Source: Ostreococcus lucimarinus (Eukaryota). From it: 64,000 bases of DNA. How positions within the stretch are numbered: the first letter of the stretch is position 1; each line of letters opens with the position of its first letter. Of this stretch, positions 41,424 through 51,000 are shown piece by piece. The notes beneath the pieces were generated by a model. The model was not told where the DNA came from, searched no databases, and was given only the letters and a program-made list of their open reading frames with translations. The stretch lies in the NCBI GenBank assembly GCA_000092065.1, contig CP000598.1, one strand, 5' to 3'. The position numbers and the translations under genes were made by a program.

Positions 41424-43796
41424 TTGATGGGACGGTTAAAAAGTATCCTCGTCCTCGATCGCCGAAGAGCGAGAACTCTGATCTCGTTAGTCTCGTTAGT
41501 CTCGCTAGTCTCGTTGTGTTTCGCCGCCCTGCTATCGGTGAACAAACATGCCGGTTGGCCGCGAAAAGGCGATCCTCCCACGCCCTCGTTGGACTCGATG
41601 AAAGATATCGAGTCAGAACGTTTCGACAGAACGGCCTATTCTGCTGAAATCAAAATCGCGATTGTCTTCGGTACGCGACCAGAGGCTGTGAAAATGGCTC
41701 CGGTGATTCAAGCGGTGGCCAGATCGTCGACTCTGAGTGCGATACTGATCTCCACGGGTCAACACAAACAGATGCTTGAGCAAGTTCTGCGCCAGTTCAG
41801 CTTGCAAGATAAAATTCAACACGAGCTAGCGCTGATGAAGCCAAATCAACAGCTCGCAGAGCTCACATCGAGCGCGGTGCGCGCGGTAGACGGCGTGCTA
41901 CGTTCGTCAAAACCAGACGCGGTGCTCGTGCAGGGCGATACAACGACAGCGTTTATCACGTCTTTGGCGGCGTTTTACTTGAAAATACCAGTTGGACACA
42001 TCGAAGCGGGTCTTCGTACGCGTGATATCTACTCACCCTTTCCCGAAGAAGTCAATAGACAGTGTATCTCAGTTATGGCGACGTATCACTTCGCACCCAC
42101 CGAACACGCGGCAAAAAATCTGTACGACGAGGGTAGACGCACGAATGTGTTTACAACCGGTAACACTGTTGTCGATGCCCTATATGCAATTTTAAAGACT
42201 GAACCGAGTGATCGAGTGATTGAGCTATCCAAAGTCGTGAAGACTGTATCCACTCTGCGCGACGTGAGGCTGTTACTTCTCACCGCTCATCGACGTGAAA
42301 ACCTTGGCGAACCCATACTCAACATCTTCACAAGCATAGAGAAGCTTCTGCAAGAATACCCTGACGTCGTCGTGATTTATCCCATTCACTTGAACCCTAT
42401 GGTGAAGCACTTAGCAGAACAGCACTTCGGCGTTGATACATTCCACAGCCTTGTACAGTCGGACCACGCGCCGCCAACGACTACGCACTTACGGCGATTG
42501 CTGATAGTACCACCTCTAGACCATGCAGATTTATTATTCATGATGAAAGAGAGTTTTTTCGTCATGACAGATTCGGGAGGTATCCAAGAGGAAGCGGTCA
42601 CTCTAGGAAAACCGGTGTTAGTGCTCAGAGACACAACAGAGAGACCAGAAGGAGTGCTCGCGGGCGCCGCAAAACTAGTTGGTCACGGTGCAGAAAGTAT
42701 ATACACCGAAGCGGCGTCTTTGCTGAAAGATCCCGATTCTTATAGATCCATGTCAGGCTCGAAGAAAACTTATGGCGATGGGAATGCTGCTGGAAACATC
42801 GTGCGCATCCTCGAGACAATGTTGAGAACGCCGCCGCCAAAGACACTTCCAGTATCGTCTTCGTTTCATAATGAACACTCCACTGCGCCGTACGAGAATG
42901 TGGTCGTCGTGACGGTTTGGAAACGTAAAACAATCACACAAGTGATGAAAATGATAAGCAAACAGACGACGCTGATGACGAAAAGAACTGCCATCGTTGT
43001 CGTTCAAAACGGGGAGCACGTGGATATTAGCGACGCGCTTCATCGATGGAATAGCTCAGAGGCTTGGTCGGGTGTTCCACCACACGTATATCACGTGCAT
43101 TCTAAAGTTGAAACGGGTTATTACGGTCGCTTTCTCGCGCCGATGTTCGTACAAACGACTCCACACGCAACGTTTATTGTTTTGGATGATGACGTTATGT
43201 TCGGATCGAGGTACTTTGAGAACATGCTGCGTGTCGTCGATGAAGGCTTTTTGGCGACGAGAAATGGTAGATTTTTGAACGAAAAGTTTTTAGAATTCGA
43301 TTGGCGAGGTCACTGGAAAGAAGGTCCGGTTGATACGTTTGACGAAGATGATGAATACGATTTTGGAGGTCATTTGTGGGCTGGGAGGATGGTCTGGTTA
43401 CAGGCCGCGTTTCGCGCGCCCCCTCCTTTACTTTACAATGCGGAAGACTTTTGGATAAGTGCTGTATTGCAAACAACCTTGGGCATCGGTACAAAGCGCG
43501 CGAGATGCCCTCGACCGGAAAATGGAGGCGATCTAGAACTTTGTGCTTGCAGCATGAAACAAGCCGGAAAGCACGAAGCCCCAAATCTTGGAAGTGACAA
43601 AATCAACGAGAGAAGATCAAAACGTCACGATGCGATGAAAACTATCGCCAAGCACTACGACTACGTGACGTTGTCTTCCAGGCGACGGTCGGCGGTTGAA
43701 GATGTTAAAAATCGCCACGAAGAAATACGTATGGAACGTTTTCACGCCGACGAGGAAACGTTGGAAATGTTTCAGCAGTGTCTTTACTGGTATTAG
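41424..43796 (+). CDS. bifunctional protein: a non-hydrolysing UDP-N-acetylglucosamine 2-epimerase (WecB-type) fused to a C-terminal GT-A-like glycosyltransferase domain (GT64-like, DxD)
   Basis: The N-terminal TM anchor is followed by 'KIAIVFGTRPEAVKMAPV', 'GHIEAGLRT', 'TDSGGIQEEAVTLGKPVLVLRDTTERPE', the canonical Epimerase_2 motifs. The extra roughly 330 aa carry 'NGYYGRFLAPMF...ATFIVLDDDVMF' (a DxD motif) and 'GGHLWAGRMVWLQAAF'. Confidence 0.75.
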   Translation: MMGRLKSILVLDRRRARTLISLVSLVSLVSLCFAALLSVNKHAGWPRKGDPPTPSLDSMKDIESERFDRTAYSAEIKIAIVFGTRPEAVKMAPVIQAVARSSTLSAILISTGQHKQMLEQVLRQFSLQDKIQHELALMKPNQQLAELTSSAVRAVDGVLRSSKPDAVLVQGDTTTAFITSLAAFYLKIPVGHIEAGLRTRDIYSPFPEEVNRQCISVMATYHFAPTEHAAKNLYDEGRRTNVFTTGNTVVDALYAILKTEPSDRVIELSKVVKTVSTLRDVRLLLLTAHRRENLGEPILNIFTSIEKLLQEYPDVVVIYPIHLNPMVKHLAEQHFGVDTFHSLVQSDHAPPTTTHLRRLLIVPPLDHADLLFMMKESFFVMTDSGGIQEEAVTLGKPVLVLRDTTERPEGVLAGAAKLVGHGAESIYTEAASLLKDPDSYRSMSGSKKTYGDGNAAGNIVRILETMLRTPPPKTLPVSSSFHNEHSTAPYENVVVVTVWKRKTITQVMKMISKQTTLMTKRTAIVVVQNGEHVDISDALHRWNSSEAWSGVPPHVYHVHSKVETGYYGRFLAPMFVQTTPHATFIVLDDDVMFGSRYFENMLRVVDEGFLATRNGRFLNEKFLEFDWRGHWKEGPVDTFDEDDEYDFGGHLWAGRMVWLQAAFRAPPPLLYNAEDFWISAVLQTTLGIGTKRARCPRPENGGDLELCACSMKQAGKHEAPNLGSDKINERRSKRHDAMKTIAKHYDYVTLSSRRRSAVEDVKNRHEEIRMERFHADEETLEMFQQCLYWY
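41483..41518. repeat. 9-bp tandem repeat (ctcgttagt)x4 inside the N-terminal anchor coding region
   Basis: It encodes (SLV)n, 'ISLVSLVSLVSLC'. Read directly from the sequence. Confidence 0.7.
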
Positions 43797-44069
43797 TAGT
43801 GACATCCTCTTCTTGGTAGCGCTCTTGCGCGCGGCAATCTCGCGACATATTCAAGAGATGTTTAGCCTTAGTAATCTAGTACGTAGTGAATAAATACTAT
43901 CAGTTTTAGAGCGAACGCTATAAGTTTTCACGGCGATGTCGTTCAAGGGTGAGTACGAGGTCACTCCGGCTTCATACACGGTCGCTATCGATTCAAAGCT
44001 CACACGACGCATACGATCGCCATTTCCCATCCCCGGTGCGCATTACCGCGAACGCATCGCGCACAAATA

Positions 44070-45116
44070 GTGGTGAGTATGGCGAAACCGAACCCCGGGC
44101 GGTTGAAAAGTTCGTTCCCGGCTGTTGCGTCACTTGTTAAGAGGAGTACTTTGGTGACTGTTTGCGCCTTCTGCGCCGCCTGTATCGCGTGCTGGTACAT
44201 TCGTACAGCTTTGAGTGAATCTCCTGTACGTGACAATAACGCAGCTCGTTCCAGCAGATTTAACTGCGGCGTCCGGCAGGCTCAGCTTCTATCGGTCGAT
44301 GGAAATCCGTGGCTTTTTCATTCGGGCGATGCGATCACTTCTACTGTTAAGGCGAAGGGCACTTTCGAGCCAGCGATAAGCAATTTGATTCGGCGTCAAC
44401 TCAGTATTGCAGATGGAATGATGGTCGATATAGGTGCAAATGTCGGTGTTATGACGAGTGTTGCGCTTTCTCTGGGCCGCGAAGTGGTCGCCGTGGAGGC
44501 ACTCCCGGATAACGCGAATCTGTTACGCTGTAGCGCAGATCACAACGGCTGGACCACGCTGTTGAAACTACATAATACGCCACTTGCTGATCCTGCGTCA
44601 AAATCCGAACGGTTTTGTGTGTGCCGGCCTATTGGAAACCCGAGCGACGGTATTCTAGTACCGTTTACTCAGTTTGCAGATCATCCTTTCTGTGGAGGTG
44701 GCCAAAGAAAAACAAAAGGAGCGACGGGGCACTGTGCCGAAGAAATGAAGTCCATAACCCTTGATGAAATACTAGGCAGTGGTTCGAATCCTATCGCCTT
44801 CATGAAAATGGATATTGAAGGAAATGAGTGTCGCGTCTTGAAAGGCGCGGCGGCGACCTTACATGGTGGCAACCCATGTACAATTTTAACTGAGTATAAT
44901 CCTGGTCTTCAGCAATATACCAATTGTACACTCATCGACATGATCGATCACATGAAGCTATTAGGTTACTTACCGCACACTTTTCAGCGACAAGGATGCT
45001 CTTTGAAGGAGCTTACATCCGTTCAGGCAGGAAAAATGAGCGCGCCAGGATCGGTGCATAATATTTGCTGGAAACCTCTTTTAGTTCCCAAACATTGCGT
45101 GAAAAAAGCGAGCTGA
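44070..45116 (+). CDS. FkbM-family methyltransferase, type II membrane topology
   Basis: 'MMVDIGANVGVMT' is the DxGAN.G motif, with 'VVAVEALP' and 'FMKMDIEGNECRVLKGA'. The signal anchor is 'LVTVCAFCAACIACWYI'. Confidence 0.7.
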   Translation: MVSMAKPNPGRLKSSFPAVASLVKRSTLVTVCAFCAACIACWYIRTALSESPVRDNNAARSSRFNCGVRQAQLLSVDGNPWLFHSGDAITSTVKAKGTFEPAISNLIRRQLSIADGMMVDIGANVGVMTSVALSLGREVVAVEALPDNANLLRCSADHNGWTTLLKLHNTPLADPASKSERFCVCRPIGNPSDGILVPFTQFADHPFCGGGQRKTKGATGHCAEEMKSITLDEILGSGSNPIAFMKMDIEGNECRVLKGAAATLHGGNPCTILTEYNPGLQQYTNCTLIDMIDHMKLLGYLPHTFQRQGCSLKELTSVQAGKMSAPGSVHNICWKPLLVPKHCVKKAS

Positions 45117-45718
45117 AACATCGTTCCAACGCATAGAATAAGTACGCTCTAAGGTGATATTCGTAAATCTGTTGCGCTCCAGGTATGACCACAGATCAAG
45201 CCCTAAAACATGGCAAGCGCGTAGGAAGTTTGCGAGGTCCCTCATACCCCACCCCGTTCATAGATACATAGCTTTCGCGGCCATAGTAGAGATAGAGCGT
45301 GGAAGGGCGAGGACTATCGCGCGTGTACGTGGCGCTAAAGGCGCGTGCACTCCTTCTGTAAAGTTTGTAAAGTAGTGTCCTAGAGTGTCGTAGACTTATT
45401 ATTTAGGTCGACCGCGCTCCTGGCGTTGCCGTGTCGTCAGTGCCGTGCGCCTGGCGAGAGTTAACTACGATTTGTACTCATTCATGGGGTTGCAAACGTG
45501 AGCACTGGTTGTCGAAAGTTCGCACCGCACCACACGAACCACCTGACTCAGTAAACCCGGTCCAAACACCGAACGGGTCGCCAGTCGTCCGCCCCTGTAC
45601 AGTAGCAGGGCGCACGACTAATACTCGTTTCGACGCTTCAGAGAAGAACCTACGATCGGCATTTAGCTTGGAAAGAAGGCTTCATGATCAATATCTAGGC
45701 GTCGAGTAGACGGAAGGC

Positions 45719-47044
45719 ATGAAGAAGACGTCTTCGAAGCGTCTCACAAAGTTTTCAGTCTGTCCCGTGGGACTCATCTTAACTTATGGTGTGCTGAAAC
45801 TAACGGGTCAAAGTTTCGAAGGCGATCTGCACGTCAATAGATTCAACGGTTCCGTTAGCGCCTTGTACACTGACCGTCGGGAATCTTGCTGGTTTCAGCG
45901 TTACGCTGATTTCCACGCGAACGCTGTGCGACGATCGCAGGAGGGTCAGTGCGTACCGTCCTTGATATACGTCTGCGACAAGCTCTGTGGGGGTGTAGGT
46001 GACCGAATGAGTGGTATCATGAGTGCGTTTTATCTCGCCGTCGTATTGGATAGGGCATTTTTCATTGAGTACAAGTCTCCTTTCCCGCTAACGCACACTT
46101 TGGTTCCGAAGACAGTTCGATGGGACCATAAACATAAAAGCAAGCGCGTATGCGCTTCGACGGGGTTCAAAGAGACCGAAATTTTCATGGTGGATTCCAA
46201 AGTCCCCTCAAAGGACCTCGAAAGGATCGAAGCGTTGCAAAGAGCTGGAACACCCACAATTAGACTTCACATCAACCGGTACTATGTCGGAATTTTTTTG
46301 TGGTCAGATCCTCATCAGTCTACACGAACACGATCTGATGGCGTGGCCGAATATTTTAAGGGCAAAATGACGCAATACCGTAGTTCACAGTGTGGAAGCA
46401 CGCTTGCACATGATTCGAGTGCTGCTCATACTTTTAGTTTTGCGTTTACTAACCTGTTTCACTTTGCGCCCAACGTCAAACGTCGAGCCTTAGAAATGCT
46501 TCAAGAGCTTCGTCTTCAAGACAATTCACCTTTCATCGCCGTCCACGCACGGATCGGTGGAAAGATGAAACGTTCAAATCGAGTCGTTGGTTGGATTGAC
46601 CCGAAGCGCCACGATATTGAGGATGTGACAAAGTTTTTTGACTGTGCAGAAATGAAGCGACAGCTGCTCGTGGAACACACACGCGATAACGCAAAGGATT
46701 CGTTGACCACTCATGTCGCTCCAATAGTTTTATTTTCTGATAGTGACGAACTAAAAAGTTCAGCTTTGGTGTCGGCTCGAGGCGTGCGCACTGTGCACAG
46801 TACCAATGTTTTTCACATCGACAGAAGTTGGAGCGTCTTCAAGCGGAGTATGCGAAAAGGGAATATGGATACTTTTGCTGAGCTTTATGTTCTATCTCAA
46901 GCATCGTGTATTGTTGGATCGAATAGTACTTACAGCGGCTTAGCTTCCTCGATCACGTTTCCTCCTCACCCGTGCTTCTCGTACTTTGATGATTGCACGA
47001 ACGCGCGTTGGGACTTTTGGACCGCCACTGAACGTCGTGTCTAA
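45719..47044 (+). CDS. putative fucosyltransferase-superfamily glycosyltransferase (GT11/GT23/GT65/GT68-like GT-B)
   Basis: 'CGGVGDRMSGIMSAFYLAVVLDRAFFI' resembles the GG(L/F)GN(R/Q) motif I. The C-terminal 'IVGSNSTYSGLAS' resembles the STFS motif. There is an N-terminal TM. Confidence 0.4.
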   Translation: MKKTSSKRLTKFSVCPVGLILTYGVLKLTGQSFEGDLHVNRFNGSVSALYTDRRESCWFQRYADFHANAVRRSQEGQCVPSLIYVCDKLCGGVGDRMSGIMSAFYLAVVLDRAFFIEYKSPFPLTHTLVPKTVRWDHKHKSKRVCASTGFKETEIFMVDSKVPSKDLERIEALQRAGTPTIRLHINRYYVGIFLWSDPHQSTRTRSDGVAEYFKGKMTQYRSSQCGSTLAHDSSAAHTFSFAFTNLFHFAPNVKRRALEMLQELRLQDNSPFIAVHARIGGKMKRSNRVVGWIDPKRHDIEDVTKFFDCAEMKRQLLVEHTRDNAKDSLTTHVAPIVLFSDSDELKSSALVSARGVRTVHSTNVFHIDRSWSVFKRSMRKGNMDTFAELYVLSQASCIVGSNSTYSGLASSITFPPHPCFSYFDDCTNARWDFWTATERRV

Positions 47045-47071
47045 TGCCGCAACTCGAAGCGGATCAATCTA

Positions 47072-48313
47072 CTAGACTGCGTTGGCGACTCCAAGGAGAC
47101 TGAGCGCGTGATCGAGAGAAGTACGAAAACGTTCAGGCGGTATCATAAAGTCGCGTTTCAGTTCGGTCAGACAGGCACTTTCAAAGCACTCCGCAATGGT
47201 CTTCGTAACGGCGTGCGTTTGATCGCCGAGAGCGTACGTGTGGAACAATCCGGCGTTCCGTGCGATTTTTGCGTAGAGCTCATAGTACCAAACCGTCGAA
47301 GGAAAGAGCTCAATGACTGCGCTTTCTCGTTGCATGAATATAACGTTCGTAAGATCGGCGCCATGCGATGAAATGAGCAAGTCTGTTTCTGACATGAGGG
47401 ACACTTGCTCCTTGAAAGAAAGCGTATCGAGCCGAACAGTTTTGTACCAAAGTCGACGCTCATCCAATATTTCTTGTAATTCGCCTACGTTAGTGACACG
47501 TCTCTTCTTTCTATCAATCAGTGTCACTCGCAAATCCGCTCTGTTTATTCGTTTCGGGTTGATTTTGAGATTGCCATACACTCGGTCTCGAAATAATTGA
47601 GCGTCATATGGGCCTTGAAGTAAACCTATCATAGTTCCAGCGACGACAACTCTTCTGGCACAAATAGGCGATGTCAACTCGTCACCATAAACGACCCTGA
47701 CGTCGCCAAAGATCTGCTGAGTCAAACTATCAATCCAACTTTGAGCGGGCGGCCGCTGTCTAAAAATTATCACGACAGAAGAGCTATCCGAATTCTCTAG
47801 CGTCCTGAGAGCGCTGTGAAAAAAGAACATGGCAGATTGCGCGAAATGAAAGGGATTTGCGCCGCGTTTGTCGTCTGGAGCGATCACGAACAGATTCGAC
47901 GTGTGGTTCTTATTGAGAGCGTGCGTGAAAATCACCGGGTCGACTTTTACGTCCACGTACGCCCTCAGTGGTAGCTGGTGAAACTTTGACATATCCACCG
48001 TGGGTAAGTTGGAAAGTCTACTGATTTCATGCCCGTCCGATTTGAGCGTCGTAAGCGCTGTCGAGACCAAAAGTCCACCACGTGTGACGCATACATCTTC
48101 TAACACGCAATACTCGTCGTAGTCGGGCGTCGTGAAGCAACTCGAATTAGTTCTCTGTGACGTCACGTACCTTTGAGATCTGAGCTGAGTAGACCCGTAG
48201 AAGAGCGCTGATGAGAGGAAAAACGCACGCATCATTCGTGTTCGCTCACGGCGTTTCACCGGCATCGCACTGTCCTTGACGTCGATATCTCGCTCTAGGG
48301 TGTGGAATCTCAC
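47072..48313 (-). CDS. glycosyltransferase family 61 (DUF563)-like
   Basis: 'SFKEQVSLMSETDLLISSHGADLTNVIFMQRESAVIELFP' matches the GT61/DUF563 signature (sF.EQv.l...tdvliGvHGAGLTn.lF..p...viEl.P). The N-terminus is hydrophobic. Confidence 0.7.
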   Translation of the reverse strand: MRFHTLERDIDVKDSAMPVKRRERTRMMRAFFLSSALFYGSTQLRSQRYVTSQRTNSSCFTTPDYDEYCVLEDVCVTRGGLLVSTALTTLKSDGHEISRLSNLPTVDMSKFHQLPLRAYVDVKVDPVIFTHALNKNHTSNLFVIAPDDKRGANPFHFAQSAMFFFHSALRTLENSDSSSVVIIFRQRPPAQSWIDSLTQQIFGDVRVVYGDELTSPICARRVVVAGTMIGLLQGPYDAQLFRDRVYGNLKINPKRINRADLRVTLIDRKKRRVTNVGELQEILDERRLWYKTVRLDTLSFKEQVSLMSETDLLISSHGADLTNVIFMQRESAVIELFPSTVWYYELYAKIARNAGLFHTYALGDQTHAVTKTIAECFESACLTELKRDFMIPPERFRTSLDHALSLLGVANAV

Positions 48314-48622
48314 GTATACCGAAGTGCTATCAACGCCCGTTCCGTTGTTTCACGCGACGCCATATCCGCGCAGCAGCTTTAATGCGCATCCAAAGTTAAA
48401 GTTTCATAGTAGAGCGCATCGAGTTATCGTGAGCACCACTCGTCTTAGAGTACACCACGTGTCAACAAGTGCGGCGTGCCTCTCGATTTTGAAATTTCTG
48501 CGCAAACGAGGGCGCCTTTCGCTCGTTCGCATACTCGTTCCACTCCGCGACGCGTTCGATTTACAACGGCACGCTCATACACATAGACTCGGGTAAATCG
48601 CAGTGATTATGAGCTTTTCGAC

Positions 48623-49828
48623 ATGTCCACCGCAGCCATGAAAACCTCCGCACGTCGGCTCGGTTTGCGCGTGCTGTTGGCTTTTTGGTTGTTGAAGTTT
48701 GTATTGTCTTTGCAGTTCATAACACGCGGATGCGAGCGCTCGGTGAAGTATTTGAGCGAGATGTGGATGCGAGAAGATGCTTGGACGCACTGTCGGAACT
48801 GCTGCGGCGACGTGAGGGAACGAATGCTGAAGTTCAGTTCATTTGGCTTGGGTAAAGACGTCGCGTGTTTCACCATTCATCCGGAGGCGACTTCGCCGTC
48901 GTCGTACACCTTCGTCGCACGCAGGCGTGAACCGCTGAATCGTAGCTACTTTAAAAGTGCCCTGCGGTTTCTCCGAGACGTCGCTGTGGAACGGCGACAG
49001 AACCAAGGAGAACGAAGCGACGTGGCTCTACGACTCCTTTGGGTGATTGACGACGATGCCTCTATGCCGAGGGAGCTGAAACGGGAATTGAAATCCTTGA
49101 ACACTTTCATTCTGGCGCATTCTATCAATGTGGATTGTTTCACCGACGAATCAGTCGTGCTCGCGCCAAACTTCCACTTCATCAAGCGCGACGGGTTCAA
49201 ACCGTTGCTTCGGAATCTGCGTGAACGTGAGATTCCGTTTGATGAACGCAAATCCGACGTATTCTGGAGAGGCTCGACGTCTGGTATGTCAACAAAATGC
49301 GAAATAGAAGAACCCGCTCGCGTCGACGTGAACGAAAGGGTTACCGCGTGCGTTGAACTTCCGCGCGTGCGAGCGGTGCAATCATCCATAAATGTTCCTT
49401 GGCTCGACGTCGAGATCACGCGAAGGGTACAATCGTGTAAAGGACAAACAAATGTACGCATTAGCCCGCACGTATCGGAACAGCATTGGATCACGCACAA
49501 AGGTATCCTCGAAATCGATGGAAACGTCGACGCGTGGGGAAACCGTTGGCGCATGGAAAGCGGGAGCGTCCTGTTCCTCGTCAAGTCAAATTTCAAGCAC
49601 TATTACAGCGACAAGCTGGTAGATGGAGTACACTACATCGGAATATCTGGAGATTTGCACGATTTAGTGGAAAAAACGAAGATTGTGGCGAACACCGATG
49701 GCGAATCGCTAACGAAGTTGCGTGATATCACAGCAAATGCTCGCGCGTTGATGCAAGAATTTACGTACGAGCGCGTCGTCAAGGGCGTTTCCCATCGTCT
49801 GAATGAGCTAGCCTTAGGTATGGTATAG
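48623..49828 (+). CDS. glycosyltransferase family 90 (CAP10/POGLUT/KDELC-like)
   Basis: 'DVFWRGSTSG', 'KGILEIDGNVDAWGNRWRMESGSVLFLVKS', 'VHYIGISGDLHDLVEKTKIVANTDGESL' match the Glyco_transf_90 core (ffWRG......yKY..diDG...s.r......sgSvvlk......hY.P...d.sdL.ek). Confidence 0.75.
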   Translation: MSTAAMKTSARRLGLRVLLAFWLLKFVLSLQFITRGCERSVKYLSEMWMREDAWTHCRNCCGDVRERMLKFSSFGLGKDVACFTIHPEATSPSSYTFVARRREPLNRSYFKSALRFLRDVAVERRQNQGERSDVALRLLWVIDDDASMPRELKRELKSLNTFILAHSINVDCFTDESVVLAPNFHFIKRDGFKPLLRNLREREIPFDERKSDVFWRGSTSGMSTKCEIEEPARVDVNERVTACVELPRVRAVQSSINVPWLDVEITRRVQSCKGQTNVRISPHVSEQHWITHKGILEIDGNVDAWGNRWRMESGSVLFLVKSNFKHYYSDKLVDGVHYIGISGDLHDLVEKTKIVANTDGESLTKLRDITANARALMQEFTYERVVKGVSHRLNELALGMV

Positions 49829-49854
49829 TATTAAATATTACGATCTAGCGACAA

Positions 49855-50056
49855 CTACTGCCGAATTCTTTCAGAGCGGCGAGTAAAACCATCGCGCGAA
49901 CCAAGCGCGAACATCTTGATCGTCAGCGCTATCGACAGAAATTTCCATATTAGTCGACGTTGGGTGCTCAAAGTTTGAACACGTGAAACCAAAATTGAGG
50001 TCCGGTAGAAAGTTGTGAAGCAAAGCGTTCTCGGCAAGTACACCATTTTCGAGCAT
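49855..50056 (-). pseudogene. gene fragment paralogous to the middle of the 51001..53277 glycosyltransferase
   Basis: 'LLHNFLPDLNFGFTCSNFEHPTSTNMEISVDSADDQDV..RAWFARWFYSPL' aligns to 'LLHKLLSSHNFGFFCSNFMHPTVENLELSIDEEGNLVC...RRWLRDWFYGPI'. Confidence 0.5.
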
Positions 50057-51000
50057 CAGACTGAAATACGCCTGGAGATCGTACTCTGGCGGCGTTCTTC
50101 ATAGACACCTCGAGGTGCGTCAATGCGTCAGAGCTTCCCAGGCCGACGCTGAGTAGAACGTTTGTTGCACATCTCTCACCGCACGGACGTCCAAGCGCGA
50201 GATGTCCCGGTAGAACATGGAATGCGCGTTCTTCACCGCGCCAACGTTGCAGTTCCTGATATCTCCGTTCAAGGTACTCTTGTACTGAAACAAATCGCGC
50301 GTGTCATCCACCGCGCTCACGTCCCAGTTCGCGATCGGCACGCTCGACGACGCGCTCCCGCCGACGTCGCCCCCGTGGCGTCGCCGCCGAGACAGTTAGC
50401 GTCGGCGATCGCGAATATCAGCGACCAATACGTCATGAACGGCGACACGTACCTGCTCGCCGAGCTCCACGCCGTGCGTGCCCCTTCCGCGCGCGTCGTC
50501 CCGACGACGCCCGCGCCCGTGGGCACCGTCCGCATCCTCGTCCGCGAGAATCGCCGCCATTCGCGTTTCGACGCGTTCTCCTTCTTCGCGCGTCGCGCTC
50601 GCGCACCCGCGTCGTCGGCGTCGTAATCCCTCGTCGCACAGCGCGCGACGATCGGTGCCGCGCTCGGCGCGCGAACGACGCTCGCGCGCGCGCGGTTCTG
50701 GGGCTAAAGTTTCCACGTCGGTTTGGACGTTAGGCTCTCCCTCGAAGGTGCCATGGGTGTGTAGAGGGCGTTTGGGGCGCCGAAGGGGGATAACCGCCGT
50801 CACAAGGCGTGGGGACGTTCTCCGCGTCCGCTACGCACGACGCGCGCGAGATCATCTTCACCGCGCACCCGGATCGACGCACCGAGCGAGACGCGCGCCT
50901 CGCCGACACCCTCCTCTAAAACGGACCGCGACGGCTCTGTTTCGCGTGACGCTCCGCATTACGAGCGACCGCGTCCGCGGGGACGCGGCGCGCACGTCGC

